From contig CAZVMV010000003.1 in assembly GCA_964628855.1 (NCBI GenBank), positions 9,665-73,664 on the forward strand: DNA of 64,000 bases. The letters are read 5' to 3'. Source of the stretch: an uncultured Gammaproteobacteria bacterium (GTDB lineage: Bacteria > Patescibacteriota > Patescibacteriia > UBA10025 > JAHIVO01). A model generated the notes under the pieces. That model was given only the letters and a program-made list of their open reading frames with translations, was not told the DNA's origin and ran no database searches. Shown here piece by piece: positions 24,637-34,097 of the stretch (its first letter is position 1; every line of letters begins with the position of its first letter). The position numbers were made by a program, and so were the translations under genes.

Positions 24637-25182
24637 TTATTCGCTATCCGGTACGGTATTAGTATCAGTCTCCTTGGTTGCGGTCGAGAGGTTAACGGTA
24701 GTTTTGCCGTCGATTTCCGAAATACCTACGCTCATTGTCCGATTGTTTTTTTCTGCCATCAGGGTGACCATCCCGCTGTAGGTCATGTTGGTCGTGATCG
24801 TCCAGCCGCCGTCTGCCATTTCACGTTCATATTCCGTCTTAGCATCTGTTACTGATTTAGTTGTTTCCAGCGAAACCGTATATGCTTCATTGGCCTTGGT
24901 GGTAATAGCCGCCCTAAGTGTCCCATCGATGACATACACGTCAGACGGGAAACCTGATGGAATGGTTACATTTCCGCCGGCTTGGTAAGATCCGCCGTTC
25001 GTATTAATCGTGACGCTGTTGTTGTCCAGGTCTACGTCGGCCGCGCCGTTAGTTGCACGTTCGATGGCTTTTTCCGTTACTTTTTCCGCGACCTTCTCAG
25101 AGGTGCTCTTGCATCCAGATACGACAAAGGCTATGGCCACGATCGCAATGACGGGCAGGATCCATTTGGTTTTTTTGTCCAT
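24637..25182 (-). CDS. putative lipoprotein
   Basis: Starts MDKKTKWILPVIAIVAIAFVVSGC (lipobox-like VSGC). Confidence 0.55.
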   Translation of the reverse strand: MDKKTKWILPVIAIVAIAFVVSGCKSTSEKVAEKVTEKAIERATNGAADVDLDNNSVTINTNGGSYQAGGNVTIPSGFPSDVYVIDGTLRAAITTKANEAYTVSLETTKSVTDAKTEYEREMADGGWTITTNMTYSGMVTLMAEKNNRTMSVGISEIDGKTTVNLSTATKETDTNTVPDSE

Positions 25183-25297
25183 AGTGGTTAAGATAATTAT
25201 TAACTGGCTGATGGATATATTTTCCCTCAATTTGGACAAAAAAGCAAACCGACACAGGTACAGTATGGGTTTATTTAATATTAATTATAAAAATTTT

Positions 25298-25519
25298 TTA
25301 CTCAGCGCCTTCGATTTCAATCTCCACCGCTTCAGCCTCCAGCTGTTTGATGCGCTGCTCTGAAAGCGCTATCTCACGGTCAAGGAAGTCCAGAAGCCGT
25401 TTTTTTAAAGATGGAGTATAGCCCAGTTTGGCCACTTCGCTTTTCAGATGCTCTTTATCGTCGTACATCAGGGTCAGCTGGTCGATGACGGCGTAGCATG
25501 TTTTTTGGATTTCGGTCAT
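25298..25519 (-). CDS. hypothetical small coiled-coil protein
   Basis: 73-aa ORF, charged and helical in character. Confidence 0.5.
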   Translation of the reverse strand: MTEIQKTCYAVIDQLTLMYDDKEHLKSEVAKLGYTPSLKKRLLDFLDREIALSEQRIKQLEAEAVEIEIEGAE

Positions 25520-25529
25520 ATGTGTGCGG

Positions 25530-25679
25530 TTATTCGGTGGTTGGCGCTGTTTCCAAAACCTCGCGATAGGCGCGCAGTTTAGCCAGGCGATTTTTTTCCG
25601 ACTCCAGCTTTTCGAGGTTTGACTCGGTTGTTTCGGGTGCCTGGAAATGATGTTCTGGATTAAATCCTCTTGTTTCCAT
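25530..25679 (-). CDS. hypothetical small protein (49 aa)
   Basis: Starts at METRGFNPEHH. The upstream part of the 79-aa ORF looks non-coding. Confidence 0.35.
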   Translation of the reverse strand: METRGFNPEHHFQAPETTESNLEKLESEKNRLAKLRAYREVLETAPTTE

Positions 25680-25752
25680 ATGGTTTGGTATTTTTTTTAG
25701 GCAAGATAATATTAGTTTATCGTGGACTGATTGTAAAGCCCGGATAAGCACA

Positions 25753-25820
25753 AATAAAAAAGCCCACATAGTTGGTAGCTATGGGGCTTCCCGCGCAACG
25801 AGCGTTGCGGGGCATTGGGT
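25753..25820 (-). repeat. 68-nt terminator block, copy A (tandem hairpins plus U6), downstream of the aminopeptidase gene
   Basis: Near-identical to 27064-27131. Contains CGCAAC-GAGC-GTTGCG and GCCCACATAG..CTATGGGGC hairpins, with an A-run at 25756-61. Confidence 0.8.
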
Positions 25821-25828
25821 GGTCGGTA

Positions 25829-26956
25829 CTATTTGGCCAGCAGCCGATCGGGATTGAGGCCCTGAAGCGCCTTCGGGACAAACAGCCCGTCCTTCCGGAT
25901 GACTTTGCCATCGAACAAGATGGTGCCGCCGCCGTATTCGGGGCGCTGGATACATACCAGATCCCAGTGGATATTGCTTGAGTTGCCGTTGGGAGCGACT
26001 TTGTAGCATTTCCCGGGCGTTAGGTGGAAACTGCCGCGCACTTTCTCGTCGAACAGGGTCTCGCCGACAGCCGTGTCGATAAACGGATGGAAGCCGAAGG
26101 CGAACTCGCCGAAATAACGAGCGCCCTCATCGGTGTTCAGGATGGCGTCCAGCTTCTTCTGGTCGCCACTGTCACAGGTGGCCTTGACGATCTGCCCATG
26201 AGCGACTTCGAAGCGGACTCCTTCGAACAAACTCCCTTCACGCGATACCGATTTGGTATTGTAGTGAATGACGCCGTTCACTGAGTCGCGCACCGGCGCG
26301 GTGAAAACCTCGCCGTCCGGAATGTTCAGTTCGCCGACACACAATTTAGCCGGTATGCCCTTGATACTGAAGCCCAGGTCGGTATCGCCCGGCCCGATGA
26401 TGCGGACGTGATCGGTCCTTTCCATCAGCGCTTTGAGCGGCATGGCGGCACGGGCCATACGCCGGTAGTCGAACAGGACGGCACGGAAGAACAGGTCTTC
26501 CAGCTGCTCCGTCGACATGTTCATCAGCTGGGCCATGGCCGGAGTGGGCCAACGGCTGAGGATCCAGCGACGCGGTGAACGGACCTTGATGACCGGCCCG
26601 GTATAGTATTTCGCCCAGCGTTGGGTATTGGCAGAGGGCACGTCAGTGCTGTGGAAGATGTTCCCGAAGTCGCGGAAGATGATGCCGCCGTCGCATTTCT
26701 TGATCATCATGATGTCGTGGGCGGCCACGAACCGGAGCTGCCGCAGGCCGCTGCCAATGTTCATGCGGCGCAGCAAGCGCTCGTCGCGCCTGACGGGGTA
26801 GGCGAAGCCGCCAGCCCGTCTGACCTCGTCCATAACGGCGAGAACCATCTCGATCGGGGTGTTGGACATTGAGTCGACATAGATCAATTCGCCTTTCTTG
26901 ACTTTGATCGACCGTCTGACTAACGCCTCGGCAAATTCCTGAAATCTCTGATCCAT
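25829..26956 (-). CDS. aminopeptidase, M29 (AmpS/PepS-like) family
   Basis: 375 aa. The N-terminus FAEALVRRSIKVKKGELIYVDS and overall length fit M29. Family assigned by eye. Confidence 0.7.
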   Translation of the reverse strand: MDQRFQEFAEALVRRSIKVKKGELIYVDSMSNTPIEMVLAVMDEVRRAGGFAYPVRRDERLLRRMNIGSGLRQLRFVAAHDIMMIKKCDGGIIFRDFGNIFHSTDVPSANTQRWAKYYTGPVIKVRSPRRWILSRWPTPAMAQLMNMSTEQLEDLFFRAVLFDYRRMARAAMPLKALMERTDHVRIIGPGDTDLGFSIKGIPAKLCVGELNIPDGEVFTAPVRDSVNGVIHYNTKSVSREGSLFEGVRFEVAHGQIVKATCDSGDQKKLDAILNTDEGARYFGEFAFGFHPFIDTAVGETLFDEKVRGSFHLTPGKCYKVAPNGNSSNIHWDLVCIQRPEYGGGTILFDGKVIRKDGLFVPKALQGLNPDRLLAK

Positions 26957-27032
26957 GCATTACCTCCTCTGGTTTTTTGGATCGTGGAGTGTTAGAAATT
27001 AAAAAAACGGTATCTGTTTTGTTTATTGCCTC

Positions 27033-27061
27033 ACCTTAGCGGAAAGCGCTTGTTACGTCAA
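27033..27061 (-). promoter_or_regulatory. promoter TTGACG-17-TAAGGT (block shared with the ridA promoter)
   Basis: -35 at 27061-56 and -10 at 27038-33. About 45 nt resemble 27607-27645. Confidence 0.55.
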
Positions 27062-27063
27062 GT

Positions 27064-27131
27064 AATAAAAAAGCCCACATAGTTGGTAGCTATGGGGCCT
27101 TCCGCGCAACGAGCGTTGCGAGGTGTTGGGT
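27064..27131 (-). repeat. 68-nt terminator block, copy B, downstream of ridA
   Basis: Only a handful of mismatches against 25753-25820. Confidence 0.8.
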
Positions 27132-27156
27132 TTAACGCATTCAAGCCGCACTCATG

Positions 27157-27543
27157 CTAGCAGACTGTCGGGGCATCAGCCAGCACGATGATTTCGATCT
27201 TGGCACCGAGGGGGAGTTTGGCCGGCTGATAGGCGGCGCGGACCGGTCGACAGTCGCCGAGCCAGTTGCCGTAGGCTTCGTTGACGGCCTTGAAGTCCGC
27301 CATGTCCGCCATCAGGATTTCGACTTTCACGATGTGGCTCTTGTCGGTGCCGGCCTCAGCGAGGATGGCGTCGATATTGGAGAAGATGACTTCCGCTTGC
27401 TCGACGGTGGTCCCCTCGATGAGTGCCGTTTCGCCCGGCCTGATGGCGATCTGTCCGGACAGGAAGATGAAATCATTAGCGATGATTGCCTGCGAATACG
27501 GCCCGATCGGTGCGGGCGCCTTGACGGTGCTGATCGTCTGCAT
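27157..27543 (-). CDS. ridA: RidA/YjgF family reactive-intermediate deaminase
   Basis: APAPIGPYSQAI...FLSGQI...PARAAYQ-like end. GGAGG lies 8 nt upstream of ATG 27543. Confidence 0.85.
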   Translation of the reverse strand: MQTISTVKAPAPIGPYSQAIIANDFIFLSGQIAIRPGETALIEGTTVEQAEVIFSNIDAILAEAGTDKSHIVKVEILMADMADFKAVNEAYGNWLGDCRPVRAAYQPAKLPLGAKIEIIVLADAPTVC

Positions 27544-27613
27544 TGCTGAATCCTCCATGGGATTTAAGGTACGAATATGATACGTGTTACAGTTTGGCTT
27601 TTACAATTTGCTT

Positions 27614-27642
27614 ATCTTAGCGAAAGCCTGTTTGCACGTCAA
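27614..27642 (-). promoter_or_regulatory. promoter TTGACG-17-TAAGAT for ridA
   Basis: -35 at 27642-37 and -10 at 27619-14. Confidence 0.55.
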
Positions 27643-27648
27643 GTAATT

Positions 27649-27672
27649 ATAAAAGGCGGGGAAGAACCCGCC
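27649..27672 (-). terminator. intrinsic terminator after bcp
   Basis: GGCGGG / CCCGCC stem followed by UUUUAU on the minus strand. Confidence 0.5.
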
Positions 27673-27696
27673 TCTTTGGAATTATTTAGTTTGTTG

Positions 27697-28137
27697 TTAT
27701 TGGAGTCTTTTCAAATCAGTAATGATTTCCGCCGCATGCTGTTCCGGCTTCACCTTTTCGTAAATTTTCCTGATTGTCCCGTCCGGCCCGACCAGGAATG
27801 ACGTGCGTTTATTGAAAATAAAGCCGTCAGTTCTGAATACTTGGGTCATTTTTTTGTCCTCATCCGCAAGTAACATGAAAGGGAGTTGGTATTTATCGGC
27901 AAATTTTTTATGGCTGCCTACGCTATCAGTACTGACGCCGACAATAGTGACGAGTTTCTGCAGTTCACCAAAATTGTCACGGAGTGAGCAGGCCTCTGTC
28001 GTACAGCCTGGAGTGAAATCCTTTGGGTAGAAATACAGCAGGAGCCATTTTCCTTTAAAGTCTTTGAGCGAATGGAACTGCCCATCCTGATCCTGGGCGG
28101 AGAAATCCGGAGCCGGAGAACCTTCGATTATTTTCAT
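27697..28137 (-). CDS. bcp: thioredoxin-dependent peroxiredoxin (Bcp type)
   Basis: LLYFYPKDFTPGCTTEA. The start MKIIEGSPAPDF at 28137 is preferred. Confidence 0.85.
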   Translation of the reverse strand: MKIIEGSPAPDFSAQDQDGQFHSLKDFKGKWLLLYFYPKDFTPGCTTEACSLRDNFGELQKLVTIVGVSTDSVGSHKKFADKYQLPFMLLADEDKKMTQVFRTDGFIFNKRTSFLVGPDGTIRKIYEKVKPEQHAAEIITDLKRLQ

Positions 28138-28222
28138 AAGAATTTGATTATTTATTAGTATGTTAATAGTACAGCCAGTATGCTTACTACGCAATTCGTG
28201 CATTTCCTGATTGGCCAGTAGA

Positions 28223-28251
28223 TTGACAAAGTCGTATACTAGGCGTATGAT
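28223..28251 (+). promoter_or_regulatory. promoter TTGACA-17-TATGAT
   Basis: Upstream of the STAS gene. Confidence 0.5.
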
Positions 28252-28291
28252 ACCTTGATTATCATTGGTGCATTATTAGGAGGTGAGTACC

Positions 28292-28654
28292 GTGGCACCT
28301 TGCACAATTGAGATGAGGGAAGATGATGACGTTCTGGTGGTCACGTTAAAAGGCACTCTAGTGTACGAAGACGTGCTGTCGGTCAGCGCGGAAGTAAACA
28401 GCCGTATGGCCAATGGCAGCCGTCGCATCGTGATCGACATGTCAGGAATTGTGCTGGTAAATTCCAAAGGACTCGGTTCGCTGATTTCCATCCAAAGTCT
28501 GGCATCGGAAATCGGCGGGCAGGTAGTCCTGTTGAATCCCGGCCCAAAGGCGACAGAGGTCCTGAAGCTGACTAAGCTTATCGATATTTTCACCGTCTGC
28601 CATGGCAATGTCGAGGATGCAAAGAAGCATTTCCGTGTTGTCACGAAGAAATGA
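28292..28654 (+). CDS. STAS-domain anti-sigma-factor antagonist (SpoIIAA-like)
   Basis: VIDMSGIVLVNSKGLGSLIS and VLLNPGPKATEVLKLTKL. The GTG at 28292 is 8 nt after AGGAGG. Confidence 0.75.
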   Translation: MAPCTIEMREDDDVLVVTLKGTLVYEDVLSVSAEVNSRMANGSRRIVIDMSGIVLVNSKGLGSLISIQSLASEIGGQVVLLNPGPKATEVLKLTKLIDIFTVCHGNVEDAKKHFRVVTKK

Positions 28655-28674
28655 ACCATCTCTCCCAATATAAT

Positions 28675-28705
28675 CAGCCCGCTGAGCACACGGGCTGGTT
28701 TTTTT
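28675..28705 (+). terminator. intrinsic terminator
   Basis: CAGCCCG / CGGGCTG stem followed by a T-run. Confidence 0.7.
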
Positions 28706-28766
28706 ATTTGACATTGTTGACCAATAAGACCAAAATGGAGATGACAACTGATTGAGGAGGTGCAGT

Positions 28767-28940
28767 ATGCATACGTTGCTCGGCCGGCCGATTGCCGGCT
28801 GGATCACCGGTGGGACCACGCTCCTCATTAGTCTGTTCGTTTGGATGCTTGTAGATTGGGGGACGGCACTTGCCTTCTTCTGTCTCGGCATCGGTATCGC
28901 GGTGCTTCTGTCGCGAAAGCGCGCGTGTCATCATGAGTGA
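28767..28940 (+). CDS. hypothetical small two-TM membrane protein (57 aa)
   Basis: GAGGAGG lies 6 nt upstream of ATG 28767. Two hydrophobic segments. Confidence 0.5.
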   Translation: MHTLLGRPIAGWITGGTTLLISLFVWMLVDWGTALAFFCLGIGIAVLLSRKRACHHE

Positions 28941-29016
28941 TGAAGGGTTGGGACCATGAGCTGGTCCCACGTCAACGAGTCTCGCTCAGCCATCAGGCAG
29001 GCGGGACTTTTTATCC

Positions 29017-29045
29017 TTGACAAATGTCTTATAAATGGCTAGGAT
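29017..29045 (+). promoter_or_regulatory. promoter TTGACA-17-TAGGAT
   Basis: Upstream of the PLP enzyme gene. Confidence 0.5.
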
Positions 29046-29098
29046 GACGAAATTATGAATGCACATTAGCAATCTAGTTTATGTAGGAGGTTTTTGCA

Positions 29099-30298
29099 AT
29101 GAGTTATGACCAATTCGGCGCCGTAGTAACGCCGATCTATGAAACGACGACATTTGCGGCGAGTGATCCTGAGGAACTTGAACTTCGGTTCGAAGTCCTG
29201 ACTGGGAAAAAGCCGAAGCCTGATGGCCCGTTTAACCCTTATGTTTACGCCCGGTTTGGCACGCCCACCTCGGATAGTGCCTGCCGTAAGTTGGTCGAGA
29301 TCGAGCAGGGCGCACGATTCGCGTCACTCTTTCCGTCTGGTATGGGCGCTATCTATTCGACCGTGATGGCCCTAGTGAAACCGGGAGATGTGGTGCTGTA
29401 CACCACTCCGATCTATGGATGTACGGATGATTTTTTCCGCAACATCCTGAAAACAATCGGCGTGACATGCATCGCCGTCGATACGACCGACCTGGCCCAG
29501 GTCGAAGAGGCAATCCTGGCCAACCAGATGAACCTGCGGGCGATATTGCTGGAGACACCCTGCAACCCGAAACTTGGACATTCGCCGATTCGGGCCATCT
29601 CTGACCTGGCCGCCAAGTATCCGGGGACCAATAGCATGGCACTGACCATCGTGGACAACACGTTTTTGGGGCCGGTATTCCAGTCACCGTTTCTCCACAA
29701 TGCGGACATCGTCGTGTATTCGGCCACCAAGTTTTTGGGCGGACATACCAATCTATTGGCCGGAGCCGTACTGGCCCAGGATCCGCACATCATGAAGCAG
29801 ATCCTGTCGTACCAGTACACCAGCGGATCGGTGCTGTCCGCGTTTTCATGCGCCAAATTGGAACAAAGCCTGGAAACGGTCGATTTGCGCATGGAGCGAG
29901 AAGCTGGTTCGGCGATACATCTGGCAAAAATATTGTCCGGACACAGTCGAGTGCGGCAGGTATTTCACCCGTCGCTGCTCCAGGCCGACACGAGCCAGTA
30001 TGACATCTTCCATAGCCAGTGCAGTGGCACAGGCTCCGTCATTTCATTCGAAGTTGATGGCGGCAAGCAGGAGGCGTACCGTTTTATACGCGGAGCCAAG
30101 CAAGGCTTCACCGACGCTGTCAGTCTGGGCGGCACGCATTCCCTGGGTATTGTCCCTTATTACACCACGCATCTGGTGGTGCCTGACGAGGTCAAACTGG
30201 CGGCAGGTGTCACGCCTGGCCTGATCCGGTTGTCGGTCGGTACCGAACCTCTGGAACGGCTGTCGGAGGCGGTGGTACATGGGCTCAAGGCAATGTAA
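29099..30298 (+). CDS. PLP-dependent Cys/Met-metabolism enzyme (cystathionine lyase/synthase or methionine gamma-lyase family)
   Basis: 399 aa. VVYSATKFLGGHTNLLAG (PLP Lys) and SLGGTHSL. Exact specificity cannot be determined by eye. Confidence 0.8.
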   Translation: MSYDQFGAVVTPIYETTTFAASDPEELELRFEVLTGKKPKPDGPFNPYVYARFGTPTSDSACRKLVEIEQGARFASLFPSGMGAIYSTVMALVKPGDVVLYTTPIYGCTDDFFRNILKTIGVTCIAVDTTDLAQVEEAILANQMNLRAILLETPCNPKLGHSPIRAISDLAAKYPGTNSMALTIVDNTFLGPVFQSPFLHNADIVVYSATKFLGGHTNLLAGAVLAQDPHIMKQILSYQYTSGSVLSAFSCAKLEQSLETVDLRMEREAGSAIHLAKILSGHSRVRQVFHPSLLQADTSQYDIFHSQCSGTGSVISFEVDGGKQEAYRFIRGAKQGFTDAVSLGGTHSLGIVPYYTTHLVVPDEVKLAAGVTPGLIRLSVGTEPLERLSEAVVHGLKAM

Positions 30299-30375
30299 TT
30301 ACGTCGAGTCAACATCAGGACAAACATGGCGATCGCAATATGCGGTCGCCTTTTTATTTGTGAAAATTATTTACT

Positions 30376-30681
30376 TTATTGTGTAGGATGTCCGATTTTT
30401 TTCGCCCAGATGCGGTCGATGTAGACCAGGCGCCACCAGAGACGGCCGATGGAAAATCCACCTAGAGCGCCAAGGATAATCAAGCCGATTTGGATGGCTG
30501 GGTGCAAAGCACAGCCGCCATACCATATAATACTGCGTTCGGCATCAGTGGCCCATTTGAGGTATAGAGTTTCGGCAATTGCATGTACAATGAGACTTAA
30601 AAATATCCCCAATAGCGTGGAGGCGACTAGGTAAATGACGTGTTTGGCAGGAGTCGGATTTGGCGCAGCGTTGAAAAACAT
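30376..30681 (-). CDS. hypothetical membrane protein (101 aa)
   Basis: Three hydrophobic segments. Last gene of the ABC/Fn3 operon. Confidence 0.5.
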   Translation of the reverse strand: MFFNAAPNPTPAKHVIYLVASTLLGIFLSLIVHAIAETLYLKWATDAERSIIWYGGCALHPAIQIGLIILGALGGFSIGRLWWRLVYIDRIWAKKIGHPTQ

Positions 30682-30683
30682 AT

Positions 30684-32879
30684 TTATCGTTTGAACATCT
30701 TCAGCCAGCCGAAAGTCTGTTCCGCTGCGTTGATGATGACGTCGAGTACGGTCTGTTCTTTCTGGGGGGTGAGTACTGTCAGAGGCTTGGAAAGTGAAGT
30801 GGTGCCGGCCGAATCGATGCTTTCTACCTTGAATTGGTATACGGCTCCCGGATCGAATGCCGTAACCACCACGATATGGCGACGTGAGTAGGTGTCGTCC
30901 AACGGCGTCTTTTCCGGTAATTCGTCCGTTGCAGAGCCGACGCCTTTGCGGTAGTAAACTCGACTGGTAGACGGCTCATTGGTGGTCCAGGAAATGATAG
31001 TTTGGACTTTTGCGTCCTTGCCTGGTGATAGCGCAGACGTGGTCTGGATCTGTGAAATTAATGGCGGGGCGTTTTCCGTATCAGTCGTGAAGGCATCTAT
31101 TAATTTAGTGGCGACGCTGCCGTCTGCACTGACGCTTTTTAGCTCCACGTCATAGAAAGTTCCGGCTTCAAGCCCCGGTACGCTGACCTGATGGATGATA
31201 GTGGGAACGGTATCCGAGACTGTTTTCACTTCATCTACCTGTTTGATGTTATTGCGGTAGGGAATATATTGTACCGAAGAGTCGGCATTAATATTGGTAG
31301 TCCAGCGAAAGATGACTTCGTCACCAGAAGTTTTATCTATGATGTAGCTGGAAATTTCGAAGGCTTTTTCCTGAGTGCTGAAAGTAAAGTCTATTGATTT
31401 CGTTTCTTGGCTGACCTTAGTTTTTGATCTGATTTGGTAATGGTAGACTGTGGCCGGCTGGAGATTGGTGAGGATAACTGTATGCTTTGTCGTATAGGTA
31501 TTTGGGTCACCAATCAGCTGTGGGTATGGACTTTTTGGGTTTACCTGGTATTCGGCAGCAGTGGCTAGCGCGACTAGGGAGTTCGCTTCTTTATCTGAAG
31601 TCCAAGAAATTGTGGCACTGCTGGCTGTAGCCTCTACTTTCGGTTCACCGGCCATGGTCGGTGTGGGCAGTGATTGTGCAAGGTCCTGGATAAAGGCGTA
31701 CTGGTCTTCCAATGCCGTTTCTAGGGTATTGGTGTCAGCTTTTTTTGAAAGAGTTGACAGCAGGTCATCCTTTTCTTTGATGATGTCCTGGAGTGACTGA
31801 TTTGATAATTGCGCCGATGGCACAGTTTGGATGGTGGCGTCAGCGGAGACCGAGCGGTTTTTCCCAGGGTCAACGGAACTTACGCGGTAATGGTATATGG
31901 TATTGGCGTCCAGCGATTCCATATTCAGCGTATGCTTGGTCGTGTAATCCCAGTTGCCAGTGACTGTACCATAGGTTGTTGTCGTGCCGTATTCAATGAA
32001 GCTGTTAGTCTCCTCGTTGGTGGTCCAGGTGACAGTTACGGTGCCGTCGGTATTCGCTTTTGCCACTACCGTGGAAATGACCGGTGCGGTAACGTCGATT
32101 TGCGAAGTGCGAGCCTGTTGTTCCCGCAATTGCACTGCCGATTCAGTGGAAAGCGTTTCGGAGGTGGTGAAATTTCCCTCTTCGCTGGTAACGGTGTTGC
32201 CGGATGTGTCCGTCGAGGTGATGACGTAATAGTATTTTGTGCTGCTGGTCAGGCCGGTCAGGACGACATAGTGCGACAGGTTGTAGGAAGAGTCGACGTC
32301 ATTGGTTACTGTATATGTGCCGCTGGTGGTTCCGTATTTGACAGTTCCAGAACATTTTTCACTGGTTATCCAGTGGACTACTGCCTGAGTATCGGTAATC
32401 GGGCTGACTGACGTGGATGAGATAGTGGGTGCCGTCTGGTCATTGGTAGTAATGAAATAGTAATAGGCGCCGCCGTTGTTATCGATGGTTTGGCCAGACC
32501 GGACATAATAGTAATATTTTGTCCCGGCAGTTAGGTTGTTTATGGTCATGCTGTGGCTGGTCACTGCCGGGGAGCTGATATGCAGTTCCGTTGAGCCGGA
32601 AAGGTCAGCATTCAGTGAGTAAACGACGTATGAATCCGATTCGGCATCAGTATTCCAGGTAATGGTCGTCTGGGTGTTGGAGGTTTCCTGGATGGCTACC
32701 GTGCTGATGATGGGGTTGTTCGGGTCGCCGGCGGCGCGGAGGATGGTCGTGTTTCTGAAAAAAATTATCGCGCTTGCGATCAGGATGGCGAAACAAAAAG
32801 AGATGTACGCAGCGTGATATAGTGTTGCCCCATGCGAACGTTTTTTTGGAGTTTTTTTATTTTTTGATGGTCTGGCCAT
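30684..32879 (-). CDS. membrane-anchored protein with six or more fibronectin type III / PAP-N-like repeats
   Basis: 731 aa with an N-terminal TM segment. Recurring motifs: TITWNTDAESDSYVVY, VHWITSEKCSGTVKYG, VTWTTNEETNSFIEYG and ISWTTNEPSTSRVYY. Confidence 0.7.
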   Translation of the reverse strand: MARPSKNKKTPKKRSHGATLYHAAYISFCFAILIASAIIFFRNTTILRAAGDPNNPIISTVAIQETSNTQTTITWNTDAESDSYVVYSLNADLSGSTELHISSPAVTSHSMTINNLTAGTKYYYYVRSGQTIDNNGGAYYYFITTNDQTAPTISSTSVSPITDTQAVVHWITSEKCSGTVKYGTTSGTYTVTNDVDSSYNLSHYVVLTGLTSSTKYYYVITSTDTSGNTVTSEEGNFTTSETLSTESAVQLREQQARTSQIDVTAPVISTVVAKANTDGTVTVTWTTNEETNSFIEYGTTTTYGTVTGNWDYTTKHTLNMESLDANTIYHYRVSSVDPGKNRSVSADATIQTVPSAQLSNQSLQDIIKEKDDLLSTLSKKADTNTLETALEDQYAFIQDLAQSLPTPTMAGEPKVEATASSATISWTSDKEANSLVALATAAEYQVNPKSPYPQLIGDPNTYTTKHTVILTNLQPATVYHYQIRSKTKVSQETKSIDFTFSTQEKAFEISSYIIDKTSGDEVIFRWTTNINADSSVQYIPYRNNIKQVDEVKTVSDTVPTIIHQVSVPGLEAGTFYDVELKSVSADGSVATKLIDAFTTDTENAPPLISQIQTTSALSPGKDAKVQTIISWTTNEPSTSRVYYRKGVGSATDELPEKTPLDDTYSRRHIVVVTAFDPGAVYQFKVESIDSAGTTSLSKPLTVLTPQKEQTVLDVIINAAEQTFGWLKMFKR

Positions 32880-32882
32880 AAA

Positions 32883-34094
32883 TTATTTGTATCTGAGGGC
32901 TTCCAGCGGATCAATATTGGCAGCGCGGCGTGACGGAAAAAGCCCGGTCAGGAAGCCGACGATTGTAGAAAAACCGATGATGACCGCAATGAACCATGGC
33001 GGATTGTAAAAAAGATTTAATGATTGGCCGCCGAAACTTTTTGCCAGCAGGTTTATGCCGATATTGGCCAGGATACCTCCCAGGATGCCGATCAGGACGC
33101 CACCCACTCCGCCCAAGAAGCCCATAGACATTGATTCGATGATGAACATTTTCCTGATATCCCCACGGGTGACGCCGATTGAACGCATGATGCCGATCTC
33201 GTTGATGCGTTCCAATAGGGCGATGGTCATGGTGTTGAACATGCCGATGGCAGAAACGATCAGGGCGATCAGGCCAAAAAGTCCCAGGATGATCTGCAAG
33301 ATGCGGAAGATTTGGTTAGCCTGGTTGATGACGTCAGAAAGTGAAGTGACGATGAAGCCTTGGCCGATGATTTGTTCCCTGATGGCAGGTGCTTGTTCCT
33401 GGCTGACTACTTTAACTTTTATTGCGTCAAAATTGGTGATAGGCGAGAGGCTCTGGACCATACTGAGCGGCACATATGTGGTGCTGGCAGTCGCATCGTC
33501 AATTACGCCGGTGATGGTAAAAGGCTGGGGAAAAGTTATGGTTGTGGTAGTAGGCGCGCCAGTCTCATCTTCATCAGTGTCCGATGGGATATTTATGGTG
33601 AGGGATATTTTTTGGTTTATCATGTCTTGCGGATCAACATTAAATAGTTTTGCCGTGGCAGTGGTGATGACGATATTCGCCTCTTTCGGGGCACTAAATA
33701 GTTCGCCTTTTAGAGCTGAAGTGCCGTTCAGCCGGAAAAATTCCGGATCTATGACCCTGAAGATTGTATCGCTGGTCAGCTCCTGGTATCCGAGCTGGCC
33801 GGACATGCTTTTTACTCGTGCGATTTCGGTCACGCCGGCGATTTTCTGCATCTTGTCCAGGTTCTGCTGTGTCAGTCCGATCAAGCCAGACGATCCAGGG
33901 CTGACATCCAGGGAGAGCAGGGCGTCAGCGGTGGTGATCTGGCTCAGGATGACCCGTTGCATGCCGTAGCCGAGGGAAACCAAAAATAAGACAGCACCGA
34001 TGCCGATACTGACGCCAAGGATGGTCAGGAATGTCCGCATCGGGCGGGTGGTGAACATGCGTGTTGATAATGTCAGGAGATCGCTAATTTTCAT
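32883..34094 (-). CDS. ABC transporter permease, FtsX/MacB-type
   Basis: 403 aa. N-terminal TM segment, large extracytoplasmic loop and a C-terminal FtsX domain (RINEIGIMRSIGVTRGDI). Confidence 0.85.
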   Translation of the reverse strand: MKISDLLTLSTRMFTTRPMRTFLTILGVSIGIGAVLFLVSLGYGMQRVILSQITTADALLSLDVSPGSSGLIGLTQQNLDKMQKIAGVTEIARVKSMSGQLGYQELTSDTIFRVIDPEFFRLNGTSALKGELFSAPKEANIVITTATAKLFNVDPQDMINQKISLTINIPSDTDEDETGAPTTTTITFPQPFTITGVIDDATASTTYVPLSMVQSLSPITNFDAIKVKVVSQEQAPAIREQIIGQGFIVTSLSDVINQANQIFRILQIILGLFGLIALIVSAIGMFNTMTIALLERINEIGIMRSIGVTRGDIRKMFIIESMSMGFLGGVGGVLIGILGGILANIGINLLAKSFGGQSLNLFYNPPWFIAVIIGFSTIVGFLTGLFPSRRAANIDPLEALRYK

Positions 34095-34097
34095 AAA

